Shown here piece after piece: positions 1 through 11,107 of a DNA stretch of 47,829 nt. The notes beneath the pieces are model-generated. The model was not told where the DNA came from. It saw only the letters and a list, made by a program, of their open reading frames with translations, and did no database searches. A program made the translations under genes and the position numbers. The DNA comes from an uncultured Bacilli bacterium (lineage in GTDB: Bacteria > Bacillota_I > Bacilli_A > RF39 > UBA660). The stretch is from positions 1-47,829 of the forward strand of contig CANROK010000003.1 in assembly GCA_947632205.1 (NCBI GenBank), written 5' to 3'. How positions within the stretch are numbered: position 1 is the first letter of the stretch; each line of letters opens with the position of its first letter.

Positions 1-2480
1 ACAACACCTTGCATTGAACCACAATCATGTTCTTTAACGATTATATCTTGAGCAACATCAACAAGTCTTCTTGTTAAGTATCCTGAATCGGCAGTACGTA
101 AGGCAGTATCGGCAGATCCTTTTCTTGAACCATGGGTTGATAAGAAGAATTCAGAAACTGATAATCCTTCCATAAAGCATGATGTAATTGGAATTTCAAC
201 AGTAGTACCATCTGGTTTAGCCATTAAACCACGCATACCAGCAAGTTGAGTAAAGTTGGAAATCTTACCACGGGCACCACTATTCATCATCATGAATATT
301 GGGTTTGTATAATTATCTTTAGATATTTCAGATAAGGCATCTTTAACTTTATCAGTTGCTTCTGTCCAAATTTGAATAACACCATTATATCTTTCTTGTT
401 CAGTAATAAGACCTTTTTGATATTGTTTATTAATTTTATCTACTCTAGCTTTTGCTTCTTTAATAATTTCATCTTTAGCATCACTTCTTACAACATCAGC
501 AGCAGAAACTGTGATACCAGCAATTGTAGAATATTTAAATCCTTGATCTTTTAATTTATCTAGCATTACTGATGTTTCAGTAGTTTTATATCTTTTAAAT
601 ACTTGCGCAATTATTTGACCTAAAGTTTTTTGAACGAATGGACTAGTTGTAGGCATTGCTTTAATTGCTTCTTCTAAGTTTGTTCCCATAGGTAAGAAAT
701 ATTTACTTGGAGTGATACCCTCAATATTTTCTTTAGTACCTTCATTTAAATATGGGAATGAATCAGGTAAGATTTCATTAAATTTAATTTTACCTACTGT
801 TGTAACTAAATATTTATCCATTTGTTCTTCAGTAAATAATTTATGTTTAAATGATCTTACTGGAATAGCAATTCTTGTATGTAAATCAATTTCTCTTCTT
901 TCATATGCCATTAGAGCTTCATTACAATCTTTATAGGCCTTACCTTCATTATTATGTCCTGTTTCTTCCATTGTTAAATAACAATTTCCAAGTACCATAT
1001 CTTGGCTTGGTGTAACAATTGGCTTTCCATCTTTTGGATTTAAGATATTATTAGCACCTAACATAAGAATACGAGCTTCAGCTTTAGCTTCTTCTGATAA
1101 AGGTACATGGACAGCCATTTGGTCACCATCGAAGTCAGCATTGAATGCTGTACAAACAAGTGGGTGTAAACGAATTGCTTTTCCTCCAACTAGTTTTGGC
1201 TCAAATGCTTGAATACCTAATCTATGTAGAGTTGGAGCTCTATTTAACATTACTGGATATTCTGTAATTACATCTTCAACAATATCCCAAACACATTCAT
1301 CTCTTGATTCAATTAATTTTTTTGCTCCCTTAATATTATGAGCAAGTCCCCTTTCAACTAAACCATGAATAACATGTGGTTTAAATAATTCAATAGCCAT
1401 TTCTTTTGGAAGTCCACATTGATACATCTTAAGATTTGGACCAACAACGATAACTGAACGACCAGAGTAATCGACACGTTTACCAAGTAAGTTTTGACGG
1501 AATCTTCCTTGTTTACCTTTTAACATACTAGATAAACTCTTAAGTGGTCTATTAGATGCAGCCGTAATACTTCTTCCTCTTCTTCCATTATCAAATAATG
1601 AGTCAACGGCTTCTTGAAGCATACGTTTTTCATTTTGAACAATGATTGTTGGAGCACCTAATTCAAGTAATTTCTTTAAACGATTGTTACGATTAATAAT
1701 TCTTCTATATAAATCATTTAAATCACTTGTAGCAAATCTACCACCATCAAGTTGAATCATTGGTCTAAGTTCAGGTGGAATAACTGGTAAAACAGTTAAA
1801 ACCATCCATTCCGGTTTATTTCCAGATTCTTGGAAGGCAACTAGAGCATCTAATCTTTTAACAAGACGAATTCTCTTTTGACTTGTTGCATTTTCAAGTT
1901 CTTTTCTAACTTCAGCTATTTCTTTCTCTAAGTCTACTCTTTTTAATAATTCTTGAATAGCTTCAGCTCCCATACCTACTTTAAATGTATTTCCATACTT
2001 TTCATAATAAGCACGATATTCTTTATCAGATAATGTTTGTTTAGCCATTAATGGAACATTTCCTGGATCAATAACAACATAACTAACAAAGTATAATACT
2101 TCCTCTAAGTCTCTTGGACTCATATCTAGGACTAATCCCATTTTTGATGGAACACCTTTAAAGAACCAGATGTGAGAGCAAGGTGCAGCAAGTTCAATAT
2201 GACCCATACGTTCACGACGAACTTTAGAACGAGTAACTTCTACACCACATCTATCACAAATAACATTTTTATATCTTAATCTTTTATATTTTCCACAAGA
2301 ACATTCAAAATCTTTAGTAGGTCCAAATATCTTTTCACAGAATAGACCATCTCTTTCAGGTTTTAATGTACGATAGTTAATTGTCTCCGGTTTTTTAACT
2401 TCACCATAAGACCAACTACGAATTTTTTCAGGTGATGCAATACTAACTTTAATACCTTTAAATTTACTTACATCTATCAT
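1..2480 (-). CDS. rpoC: DNA-directed RNA polymerase subunit beta' (5' part; runs off the window start)
   Basis: Absent from the ORF track because it has no stop in the window. Manual translation from the ATG at 2480 (TAATG overlap with the rpoB stop) gives [38 protein letters not shown]. The catalytic NADFDGDQM motif is encoded near 1117-1143. Confidence 0.99.
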   Translation of the reverse strand, partial: MIDVSKFKGIKVSIASPEKIRSWSYGEVKKPETINYRTLKPERDGLFCEKIFGPTKDFECSCGKYKRLRYKNVICDRCGVEVTRSKVRRERMGHIELAAPCSHIWFFKGVPSKMGLVLDMSPRDLEEVLYFVSYVVIDPGNVPLMAKQTLSDKEYRAYYEKYGNTFKVGMGAEAIQELLKRVDLEKEIAEVRKELENATSQKRIRLVKRLDALVAFQESGNKPEWMVLTVLPVIPPELRPMIQLDGGRFATSDLNDLYRRIINRNNRLKKLLELGAPTIIVQNEKRMLQEAVDSLFDNGRRGRSITAASNRPLKSLSSMLKGKQGRFRQNLLGKRVDYSGRSVIVVGPNLKMYQCGLPKEMAIELFKPHVIHGLVERGLAHNIKGAKKLIESRDECVWDIVEDVITEYPVMLNRAPTLHRLGIQAFEPKLVGGKAIRLHPLVCTAFNADFDGDQMAVHVPLSEEAKAEARILMLGANNILNPKDGKPIVTPSQDMVLGNCYLTMEETGHNNEGKAYKDCNEALMAYERREIDLHTRIAIPVRSFKHKLFTEEQMDKYLVTTVGKIKFNEILPDSFPYLNEGTKENIEGITPSKYFLPMGTNLEEAIKAMPTTSPFVQKTLGQIIAQVFKRYKTTETSVMLDKLKDQGFKYSTIAGITVSAADVVRSDAKDEIIKEAKARVDKINKQYQKGLITEQERYNGVIQIWTEATDKVKDALSEISKDNYTNPIFMMMNSGARGKISNFTQLAGMRGLMAKPDGTTVEIPITSCFMEGLSVSEFFLSTHGSRKGSADTALRTADSGYLTRRLVDVAQDIIVKEHDCGSMQGV

Positions 2481-5400
2481 TATTCCACCTCTATATCTTC
2501 ATTTTCTAAGTCTTCTGGAAATTCTAAATCATCTAAATCTTCTTCAAATTCATCTTCTTCATCATCATTATATTCACTAGATGCATCAGTTTCAGAATTT
2601 TCTACTTCTTTAAATGGTTCTTCATTATTATCAGTACCTGGAAGTTCAATTTCTTCAATTCTAAATGTATCATCACTATCATCATCTTCTTCAATATCTT
2701 TGAAATCAACCACTTTATCTTCATTATCAATAACTTGAACATCAAGACCTAATGCTTGGAATTCTTTAACTAATACTCTAAAGGATTCTGGTACACCAGC
2801 TTGATTTACAAGTTTACCTTTTACTAATGCTTCATATACTTTAACACGACCAACAATATCATCAGCTTTAACTGTTAATATTTCTTGAAGAACATGAGCA
2901 GCACCATAAGCATATAATGCCCAAACTTCCATTTCTCCAAATCTTTGACCACCAAATTGAGCTTTACCTCCAAGTGGTTGTTGAGTAACTAATGAATAAG
3001 GTCCGGTTGCACGAGCATGTAATTTATCATCAACCATGTGATGTAATTTAACCATATACATTACACCAACTGATATTCTTTGATCGAATGGTTCACCAGT
3101 ACGACCATTATATAATACAGTTTTACCATCAGGATCCATTCCAGCTTCTTTCATTTCTTCTTGAATATCTTCCCAAGAAGCACTATCAAATACTGGCGTT
3201 GCATAATGAACACCTAATTTTTTACCAGCCATACCTAAGTGTAATTCTAGGATTTGACCGATATTCATACGAGATGGAACACCAAGTGGATTAAGCATTA
3301 CGTCAACTGGACGACCATCTGGTAAATATGGCATATCTTCTTCTGGAAGAACTAATGAAATAACACCTTTGTTACCATGACGTCCTGACATTTTATCACC
3401 AATTTGGATTTTCCTCTTTTGAATGATATAAACACGAATTACTTTAGAAACACCAGCAGGAAGTTCATCAGAATTTTCTTTTGTATAAACTTTAACATCA
3501 TGAACTACACCACCAGCTCCGTGTTCAACACGTAGAGATGTATCTCTAACTTCACGCGTTTTTTCACCAAATATAGCATGTAATAATTTTTCTTCACTAG
3601 TAAGTTCTTGCATTCCTTTAGGTGTAACTTTACCTACAAGGATATCGCCTTCTTTTACTTCGGTACCGATTTTAACAATACCATCAGCATCTAAGTTCTT
3701 ACGAGCATCTTCCCCAACATTAGGAATATCTCTTGTAATTTCCTCAGGTCCAAGTTTAGTATCACGACAATCGATATCATAGTGATCTATATGTAATGAT
3801 GTATAAACATCATCTTTAACTAATCTTTCATTTAAGATAACTGCATCTTCATAGTTATAACCATTATAGGTCATGAAAGCAACAGTCATATTTTTACCTA
3901 AAGCAAGTTCGCCACCATCAGTTGAAGGTCCATCGGCAATAACTTGACCAGCATGAACTTTATCACCCTTCTTAACAAGTGGATGATGGTTTATAGCACT
4001 TGATGCATTACTACGTTCAAAATTTGCTAAATGATATGTATCTGTTCCTTGTTTAACTTTTACAACAATCTTTAAGCTATCAGCATATTCAACAACACCA
4101 TCTGCTTTACATACAATGGTAGATCCAGAATCTCTAGCTGCAATCCATTCAACACCTGTACCAACAATTGGTGCTTCACTAGTTAAAAGTGGAACTGCTT
4201 GACGTTGCATGTTAGAACCCATTAATGTACGGTTAGCATCATCGAATTCCAAGAATGGAATACAACTTGTTGTAATAGATACAACTTGACTTGGTGCAAC
4301 GTCTACATAATCGACAACATCTCTTTTAACCATTACGTTATCACCATTATGACGAACTAGTAATTCATCATCAATTATTTTATTATTATCATCTAATTTA
4401 ACTGTAGCTTGGCTTATATACAAATCTTGTTCTTCATCAGCAGTCATATAAACTATTTCATCTTGAACAACACCATCAATAACTTTACGATAAGGTGTCA
4501 TTATAAAGCCATATTCATTTATTTTAGCATAACCTGCTAAACTAGTAATAAGTCCAATGTTTTGTCCTTCTGGTGATTCAATTGGACAAATTCTTCCATA
4601 GTGAGATGAGTTAACATCACGTACATCCATACCAGCACGTTCTCTTGATAAACCACCTGGTCCTAAACTTGATAAACGTCTCTTATCAGTAAGTTCCGCA
4701 ATTGGATTTATTTGATCCATGAACTTAGATAATTGAGATGAACCAAAGAATTCTTTTAAAGCTGCTGTAACTGGTCTTATATTAATAAGTGTTTTAGGAG
4801 TAATATTTTCTACTTCTTGAGTAGTCATTCTTTCACGAATAACTCTTTCCATACGACTTACACCAGTTTTAAATTGATTTTGAATAAGTTCACCAACTTG
4901 ACGAACACGTCTATTTCCTAAGTTATCTATTTCATCTGTATTACCAATATTATCATGTAAATTTAAATAATATGATACGGCAGCATAAATATCAGGAATA
5001 GTAAGTCTTTTTTCTTCAATACTTTGATCATTACCTATTAATTTAATGGTCTTTTTATTATTTATCTTATCATATACTAATAAAGTTTGAATTTTATTAT
5101 ATTCATCTAATTCCATATTAGTAATAGTTTCTTTTAAATTGAAACCTTTACTCATAGCATCTTTTAAGATACTAATATTTTTCTTATCAATAACTGTACC
5201 CTTAGATAATACAACTTCTTTATCTATTTTTACATCTTCTGCTAAAGTACAACCTAGTACTCTTTCACATACATTTAACTTTTTGTTGAATTTATATCTT
5301 CCAACTTTAGCTAAATCATAACGGAATCTATCAAAGAATCTAGTTATTAATTGGTTTTTAGCACTATCAAGTGTTGCTGGTTCACCTGGTCTTAATTTTT

Positions 5401-6112
5401 CATAAATTTCAATTAAGGCCTCATCAGTATTTCTAGTATTATCTTTAAGAATAGTATTTTCTAAATATTCATTCTTGCCAAAAACACTAGTAATATCATC
5501 ATCACTAGATAATCCTATTGCTCTTAAAAATGTTGTAATTGGAACTTTTCTTGTTCTATCAATTCTAACATAAACAACATTTTTAGCATCTGTCTCAAAT
5601 TCAAGCCATGTACCTTTATTAGGTATAACTTCACCTGAGATAATATGACGTCCATTTTTATCCGTTTCCTTTTTAAAGTAAATTGATGGACTTCTTACAA
5701 GTTGTGAAACAATAACTCTTTCAGCACCATTTATAATAAATGTTCCTGCCTCAGTCATTAAAGGCATATCACCTAAGAATATTTCTTGTTCCTTAACTTC
5801 TCCTGTTTCATGAATGTAAACTCTTGCTTGGACTTTTAATGGTGAGGCATAGTTTACCATTCTTTCTTTTGCTTCCTTAATAGAATATCTTGGAGTTTCA
5901 AAAGAATATTCTCCTAATTCCAAAGAAATATTTCCTGTAAATGAAGACACAGGAAATAACTCATCAAAAACTTCTTTAATCCCATTTGTTAAGAAATCTT
6001 GATAACTTTTCTTTTGAATTTCTAATAAATCAGCAAGTTCTAGCGTATTTTTAGATTTTGCAAAGCTTCTTCTTTTACGGTAATCACCGAATTTTAAGGT
6101 CTTATAAGCCAC
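2480..6112 (-). CDS. rpoB: DNA-directed RNA polymerase subunit beta
   Basis: Conserved motifs [25 protein letters not shown] and FFGSSQLS. Start is more likely the GTG at 6112 (behind AGGGGTGA) than the ATG at 6130. Confidence 0.99.
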   Translation of the reverse strand: MAYKTLKFGDYRKRRSFAKSKNTLELADLLEIQKKSYQDFLTNGIKEVFDELFPVSSFTGNISLELGEYSFETPRYSIKEAKERMVNYASPLKVQARVYIHETGEVKEQEIFLGDMPLMTEAGTFIINGAERVIVSQLVRSPSIYFKKETDKNGRHIISGEVIPNKGTWLEFETDAKNVVYVRIDRTRKVPITTFLRAIGLSSDDDITSVFGKNEYLENTILKDNTRNTDEALIEIYEKLRPGEPATLDSAKNQLITRFFDRFRYDLAKVGRYKFNKKLNVCERVLGCTLAEDVKIDKEVVLSKGTVIDKKNISILKDAMSKGFNLKETITNMELDEYNKIQTLLVYDKINNKKTIKLIGNDQSIEEKRLTIPDIYAAVSYYLNLHDNIGNTDEIDNLGNRRVRQVGELIQNQFKTGVSRMERVIRERMTTQEVENITPKTLINIRPVTAALKEFFGSSQLSKFMDQINPIAELTDKRRLSSLGPGGLSRERAGMDVRDVNSSHYGRICPIESPEGQNIGLITSLAGYAKINEYGFIMTPYRKVIDGVVQDEIVYMTADEEQDLYISQATVKLDDNNKIIDDELLVRHNGDNVMVKRDVVDYVDVAPSQVVSITTSCIPFLEFDDANRTLMGSNMQRQAVPLLTSEAPIVGTGVEWIAARDSGSTIVCKADGVVEYADSLKIVVKVKQGTDTYHLANFERSNASSAINHHPLVKKGDKVHAGQVIADGPSTDGGELALGKNMTVAFMTYNGYNYEDAVILNERLVKDDVYTSLHIDHYDIDCRDTKLGPEEITRDIPNVGEDARKNLDADGIVKIGTEVKEGDILVGKVTPKGMQELTSEEKLLHAIFGEKTREVRDTSLRVEHGAGGVVHDVKVYTKENSDELPAGVSKVIRVYIIQKRKIQIGDKMSGRHGNKGVISLVLPEEDMPYLPDGRPVDVMLNPLGVPSRMNIGQILELHLGMAGKKLGVHYATPVFDSASWEDIQEEMKEAGMDPDGKTVLYNGRTGEPFDQRISVGVMYMVKLHHMVDDKLHARATGPYSLVTQQPLGGKAQFGGQRFGEMEVWALYAYGAAHVLQEILTVKADDIVGRVKVYEALVKGKLVNQAGVPESFRVLVKEFQALGLDVQVIDNEDKVVDFKDIEEDDDSDDTFRIEEIELPGTDNNEEPFKEVENSETDASSEYNDDEEDEFEEDLDDLEFPEDLENEDIEVE

Positions 6113-6171
6113 GATATCACCCCTATACATAGTTTTTCATTTAAAAAATATAAATACGTCACCAATTTAAA

Positions 6172-6200
6172 ATTTTATCAAGTATTTTTAATAAAGTCAA
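6172..6200 (-). promoter_or_regulatory. SigA-type promoter for rpoBC
   Basis: Minus strand reads TTGACT-N17-TAAAAT, with a TG extended -10. Confidence 0.65.
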
Positions 6201-6791
6201 CTAATTTTTGGCAGAAATTATATAAAATCCATTACTTTTTTCGACAATTTCACAAGTACTTATATTTTCTAATTGTTTTTTTACGCTTTTAGCACCCTTA
6301 TCTTTTGCTATTACAAACCATAATTCCCCATCTTTATTTAATCTTTCTAAGCCACCTTTTAAGAATTCCATTAAAACATCTTTACCTGCTCTAATCGGTG
6401 GATTAGAAATAATTAAATCATATTTATTCAATACTTTTTCATAGATGTTACTTTCCCACACTTTTGCATCCACTTTATTTATATCAATGTTCATTTTGCA
6501 TAAATGAACTGCTCTTTTATTTATATCAACCATATCTATATGTTTATTTAACATTTTACTTAAAGTTATGCCAATAAAACCATATCCACAACCAACATCT
6601 AAGATATTTTCATATTCTCTTTTTTTATGCTTTAAAAAAGTATTAACTAAAAATAAACTAGCATGGTCTATTTTATTTTTAGAAAAAACACCATTATCAC
6701 TTTTAAACAAAAAATTATATGCACCAAAATTAAAATTTATATCTCTAATTTCACTTTTTAAGTTTTGATTGTTTGTAAAATAGTGTTCCAA
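6201..6791 (-). CDS. Class I SAM-dependent methyltransferase (YbxB/RsmC-like, MTS family)
   Basis: Motifs ILDVGCGYG and ISNPPIRAGK; N-terminal EHYF. Sits directly upstream of rpoB like B. subtilis ybxB. Likely TTG start at 6791 after GGGG. Confidence 0.9.
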   Translation of the reverse strand: MEHYFTNNQNLKSEIRDINFNFGAYNFLFKSDNGVFSKNKIDHASLFLVNTFLKHKKREYENILDVGCGYGFIGITLSKMLNKHIDMVDINKRAVHLCKMNIDINKVDAKVWESNIYEKVLNKYDLIISNPPIRAGKDVLMEFLKGGLERLNKDGELWFVIAKDKGAKSVKKQLENISTCEIVEKSNGFYIISAKN

Positions 6792-6982
6792 TACTATTCC
6801 CCGTTTCTTTTTGTATACATTGAGTATAGCATAAAAGCAACATGGTAACAAGATAAAAATTTTAAAAATTTGTAAATATTAGCGATTTTTAAAAAGGAAG
6901 TTAACAATAAAAATATTTATATATAAGTGTAGGAAGAAATATTGTTTCAAATTCTATTCAAATAATAAGGAGTGATATTAAA

Positions 6983-7939
6983 ATGAAAAATGAAATTATA
7001 TTATTTGAAAATCAAAATGTTAAGTTAGAAGTCAATGTGAAAGACGAAACAGTTTGGTTATCTTTAGAACAAATGGCTAGATTATTTGATAAAGATAGGT
7101 CTGTTATAATAAAACATATAAATAATATATTTAAAGATAACGAATTAGATAAAAAAGAGGTATGTGCAAAATTTGCACATACCACTAAACATGGAGCAAT
7201 TGCAAATAAAACGCAAACTAGAGAATTAGTTTATTACAATTTAGATATGATAATTAGTGTGGGGTATCGTGTAAAAAGCCGAAATGGTGTTATTTTTCGT
7301 AAATGGGCTAATAAAATCATTAAAGATTATATAATAAAAGGTTATTCTATTAATCAAAAAAGATTAGATTATTTAGAAAAAACAGTTAAATTATTAAATA
7401 TTGCAAATAGGGGAAATGATAAATTAACTGGTGATGAAGCAAAAGAAATACTAAATGTTATTGACAAATATTCTAAGGCATTAGATTTATTAGATGATTA
7501 TGATCGTAAAAATTTCAAAAAAATAAAAGGCACCACATGTAAAAAAATTATAACCTATGAAGAATGTATAAATATTATTAATAATTTAAAATTTAATAAT
7601 GCTAGTAAAATTTTTGCTTTGGAAAAAAATCATAATTTTAAATCAATTATTAATGATATTTATCAAACATTTAATGGCAATGACGTTTATCCTAGTATAG
7701 AAGAAAAAGCTGCAAATTTACTTTATTTAATTGTTAAAAATCATCCATTTATTGACGGTAACAAAAGAATTGCTGCAACTATATTTATTTATTTTTTACA
7801 AATAAATAATATTCTTTATAAAAATCAACAACAAATTATAGATAATAATACACTTGCTTCTATAACAATTTTAATTGCTGAATCCAATCCAAAAGAAAAA
7901 AATTTAATAATAGATTTATTACTAAATTTTCTAAATTAA
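6983..7939 (+). CDS. RhuM-like / Fic-Doc fusion protein
   Basis: N-terminal RhuM-type segments (ETVWLSLEQMARLF, YYNLDMIISVGYRVKS, FRKWA) and C-terminal Doc-type motif HPFIDGNKR. RBS AAGGAG. Confidence 0.88.
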   Translation: MKNEIILFENQNVKLEVNVKDETVWLSLEQMARLFDKDRSVIIKHINNIFKDNELDKKEVCAKFAHTTKHGAIANKTQTRELVYYNLDMIISVGYRVKSRNGVIFRKWANKIIKDYIIKGYSINQKRLDYLEKTVKLLNIANRGNDKLTGDEAKEILNVIDKYSKALDLLDDYDRKNFKKIKGTTCKKIITYEECINIINNLKFNNASKIFALEKNHNFKSIINDIYQTFNGNDVYPSIEEKAANLLYLIVKNHPFIDGNKRIAATIFIYFLQINNILYKNQQQIIDNNTLASITILIAESNPKEKNLIIDLLLNFLN

Positions 7940-7961
7940 TTTATATAATTTTTAAACAAAC

Positions 7962-7992
7962 AAAAAAGCTAGCTAATAGCTAACCTTTTATT
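7962..7992 (-). terminator. Intrinsic terminator after the HU gene
   Basis: Minus-strand hairpin GGTTAGCT-ATT-AGCTAGCT (includes G-U pairs) followed by a T run. Confidence 0.55.
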
Positions 7993-8000
7993 TTTACTTA

Positions 8001-8273
8001 TTAATTTAAAGCGTCTTTTAATTTACTTCCAGCTTTGAATGAAGCAACTGTCTTTGCAGGAATCTTTAAAGGTTCTTTAGTTAAAGGATTAATTCCTTCT
8101 CTAGCAGCTCTTTTCTTAGCACTGAAAGTACCAAAGCCAACTAAAGTTACTTTTCCTTCCTTTTTAAGTCCTTTAGTAATCCCTTCAAAAGTAGCATCTA
8201 CAGCTCTAGCTGCTGCAGCTTTTGAAATTTCAGCTTGTTCAGCAACAAATTCTACTAATTCAGTTTTAGACAT
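8001..8273 (-). CDS. hup: DNA-binding protein HU
   Basis: 90 aa, MSKTELV...VTLVGFGTFS...REGINPLT...FKAGSKLKDALN. RBS GGAGG. Follows spoIVA as in B. subtilis spoIVA-hbs. Confidence 0.97.
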   Translation of the reverse strand: MSKTELVEFVAEQAEISKAAAARAVDATFEGITKGLKKEGKVTLVGFGTFSAKKRAAREGINPLTKEPLKIPAKTVASFKAGSKLKDALN

Positions 8274-8433
8274 GTTTTTCTTACCTCCTCATATGTATTA
8301 ACATTATCTATTGTAGGACGTATTGTCCTTACATATTAAGAGTATCAAAAAATATTTATAAAATCAATAAAAAACACACAATATTCACTAATATTATGCA
8401 TTTTTTTATAAAACTTTACGTAAAAACTATCGA

Positions 8434-9912
8434 TTAAAGCACAATTGCTATTAAATTATTACTTCCCTTATTAACTATTTTTGTAACTGTATTTGCAAGT
8501 TTATATCTTGTATTATCTGGCATCATATTTAATTTTGCTTGAATTCCTTCTTGAACAATAACTTCTAAACTACGTCCAAATATTTCACTTTTCCAAATAC
8601 TACTTGGATCAGTTTCATAATCTTTCATTAGATAATTGATTAACTCTTTACTTTGCAATTCACTACCAATAATTGGCTCAAAAGTACTTTCAACATCAAC
8701 TTTCATTAAATGAATACTAGAAGCCAAGGCCTTTAATTTAACGCCATAACGATTTCCTTGTTTTATTATTTCTGGTGTTTCTAATTTCATATCTCTAAGA
8801 GTTGGATAAACAATTCCATAACCAGTAGTTTTAGCTTGTTTTAATGCACTCTTAAGTAATTCTGTTTCTTCCTTACTCTCTTTATAACTCGCAAATATTT
8901 TTAAAAGTGCCGCTTTAGTTGCAGTTGATTCACCCATAAATGATTTTAAAGTTTCATTATAAAGTTCATTAGGACTTTCTAAATTAAGAGTTATTGTTCC
9001 ACTAGCTGTATCAAGTTCACTAATATAAGATTTAGAAATATATGGACTATCTTCAAAATGACTAATTATATAATCAACATCTTTTACTTTATTAACACTT
9101 ATAACACTTTCTTTAATTTTTTCTAAATAATGTTGTTTTATTTCATTATTCATTGGTAAAACATGAACCCATTCTGGCATATTAACCATAATATCCATAA
9201 CTGGAAATTCATATAAAGCTTCTTTTAAAATACTCATAATTTCTTTTTCGTTCATTTTTTCAACATTAATTGGCATAACTGGAACATCATAGGATTCATT
9301 TAAATTACGAGCAAGTTCAACAGTTTCTGTATTAGTTGGATGAACAGTATTTAAAATTACAATAAAGGGTTTACCAATTTCTTTTAATTCTGATACTATC
9401 TTTTCTTCAGCCCCAATATAACTTTCTCTTTTAATTTCACCAAAAGATCCATCACTAGTCATAACTATCCCAATTGTTGAGTGATCTTTAATAACTTTTT
9501 GGGTACCAACTTCTGCTGCTTCCACAAAAGGTATAGCATCAGGAAACCAAGGTGTTTTTACCATTCTTGGATTACCATCTTCGTCTTCATAACCATTAGC
9601 ATCAGGAATAACATAGCCAACACAATCAACTAGTTTAATTGTAGTTTCAAAATTATCCACTCTAATATTAGCACCATTGGAAGGAACAAATTTTGGCTCA
9701 GTGGTCATAATAGTTTTTCCTTCTGCACTTTGAGGAATTTCGTCTAAACATTTCTTTTTATCAAATTCTTCAGTTATATTTGGTACTACTAAATTCTCAA
9801 TAAATCTTTTAATAAAAGTAGATTTACCACATCTAACTGCGCCCACAACTCCTAAGTATATTTCACCATTTCCTCTTTTAGCAATAGAAGATATAATACT
9901 CTCATTTTCCAT
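8434..9912 (-). CDS. spoIVA: Stage IV sporulation protein A (spore coat morphogenetic ATPase)
   Basis: 492 aa with GEIYLGVVGAVRCGKSTFIKRF, TIMTTEPKFVP, VDCVGY, IWKSEIFGRSL and C-terminal LIAIVL. Confidence 0.97.
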   Translation of the reverse strand: MENESIISSIAKRGNGEIYLGVVGAVRCGKSTFIKRFIENLVVPNITEEFDKKKCLDEIPQSAEGKTIMTTEPKFVPSNGANIRVDNFETTIKLVDCVGYVIPDANGYEDEDGNPRMVKTPWFPDAIPFVEAAEVGTQKVIKDHSTIGIVMTSDGSFGEIKRESYIGAEEKIVSELKEIGKPFIVILNTVHPTNTETVELARNLNESYDVPVMPINVEKMNEKEIMSILKEALYEFPVMDIMVNMPEWVHVLPMNNEIKQHYLEKIKESVISVNKVKDVDYIISHFEDSPYISKSYISELDTASGTITLNLESPNELYNETLKSFMGESTATKAALLKIFASYKESKEETELLKSALKQAKTTGYGIVYPTLRDMKLETPEIIKQGNRYGVKLKALASSIHLMKVDVESTFEPIIGSELQSKELINYLMKDYETDPSSIWKSEIFGRSLEVIVQEGIQAKLNMMPDNTRYKLANTVTKIVNKGSNNLIAIVL

Positions 9913-9936
9913 AACTTCTCTCCTTTTTCTACTTTA

Positions 9937-9964
9937 ATGCTATGTTAATATATTTTTTTTATGC
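9937..9964 (-). promoter_or_regulatory. SigE-like promoter for spoIVA
   Basis: Minus strand GCATA-N15-CATAGCAT, about 1 nt shorter than the usual spacing. spoIVA is SigE-dependent in characterised spore formers. Confidence 0.5.
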
Positions 9965-9966
9965 AG

Positions 9967-9995
9967 AAAAAAAGTGTATATTTAAAATACACTTT
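9967..9995 (-). terminator. Intrinsic terminator upstream of the spoIVA promoter
   Basis: AAAGTGTAT-N7-ATACACTTT followed by further Ts on the minus strand. Confidence 0.6.
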
Positions 9996-10152
9996 AAGTT
10001 TGCTACATCCATAGCAATATGTCCGCTGTTCATGTTTTGCTACATGACACTATATAAAAAGTATTTACTTGTTAATTTTTTATAGATGGCTACAAGTAAT
10101 AAAAGCCATCTAGAAATTAAATATTAATCTGAAAAAATCGTCTTGTTAATAT

Positions 10153-11001
10153 CTAGAATTGTAATCTAAGTCCAGATTCTCCATCATATTTTGATGATAT
10201 ACTATATGGATATATAAATACATTTCCTAATCCACCACCACCTAAAGTAAAGCTTAAGGCATCATTTAACGAAGTGTTTTTAACGGCATGTTCATAAGCT
10301 GCAAACAATGTTGGGTGTGTACCAGTTTCATAAATATCACAATCAGTTGTTAGTTCTAGATAGGTTATATCATTATTAACTATGTTCATAGCAAAACCAA
10401 AGCCATTATCAGCTCGTTTTATTCTATCGCCATCCCATTCATAGTCTACAGAATCATATTGGCCATTCCATTTAAATACTTGTTCACCAACTTGAGAGCC
10501 ATTACGAAAGCCGAAATATTCGCCACGATAACCAATTACATCATAAACTCTAGTTGTCGGAATGTATTTCCAAAGTGCCGCAAAAGTCACATGATTATAA
10601 TAATCGCCACCAATAACTGCAAGCTCTATTCTTTTGGCTGTATTTTCAGTATAAGCATGGTCAGAATTGACAAGAGGAGTGGCTACTTCAAAGTTGTTGT
10701 ATTCTTCTTCCGTAATTTCTTTTTCAGTGGCAACATTTAAATGAGAATTATAAGTGGTTTCTAGAAATAATGTCTCTTTTTTTACGTTTTCAAAATTTAA
10801 ATTTTTTAGTTTTTCATATGTTTTTTGATTCATTGTCATTATATAACCTTCAGAATATGCTTTCAAAAAATTATTGTATTCTTCCTCGGTCATAACAACA
10901 CCTTTATTATTGATAATATCTTTTGCATAACAACTACTACTAGGAAAGAAAGCTATAAAACTAACTAACACTAATAATAACACCAAACTAACTTTTTTCA
11001 A
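10153..11001 (-). CDS. Secreted hypothetical protein
   Basis: TTG start behind GGAAAGGAG; signal peptide MKKVSLVLLLVLVSFIAFF...CYA. No family recognised. Confidence 0.8.
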   Translation of the reverse strand: MKKVSLVLLLVLVSFIAFFPSSSCYAKDIINNKGVVMTEEEYNNFLKAYSEGYIMTMNQKTYEKLKNLNFENVKKETLFLETTYNSHLNVATEKEITEEEYNNFEVATPLVNSDHAYTENTAKRIELAVIGGDYYNHVTFAALWKYIPTTRVYDVIGYRGEYFGFRNGSQVGEQVFKWNGQYDSVDYEWDGDRIKRADNGFGFAMNIVNNDITYLELTTDCDIYETGTHPTLFAAYEHAVKNTSLNDALSFTLGGGGLGNVFIYPYSISSKYDGESGLRLQF

Positions 11002-11057
11002 ATCGCTTATCTCCTTTCCATTTTCTATTTTAAATTATTTTGGTAATTTTTGGCAAC

Positions 11058-11093
11058 CTCAATCGCTGAGAATTGCAATTCTCACAAACTGAG
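11058..11093. promoter_or_regulatory. Tandem palindromic operator, 2 x CTCA-N5-TGAG
   Basis: CTCAATCGCTGAG (11058-11070) and CTCACAAACTGAG (11081-11093) are separated by the palindromic 10-mer AATTGCAATT. They abut a TTGCCA-N18-TAAAAT promoter candidate on the minus strand. Confidence 0.6.
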
Positions 11094-11107
11094 AGTTTTT
11101 TAATTTT

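Noticed and set aside
372-936. Short plus-strand ORFs here, and similar ones opposite other long genes
   Set aside because: Antisense to rpoC or other well-supported genes, with no recognisable motifs.
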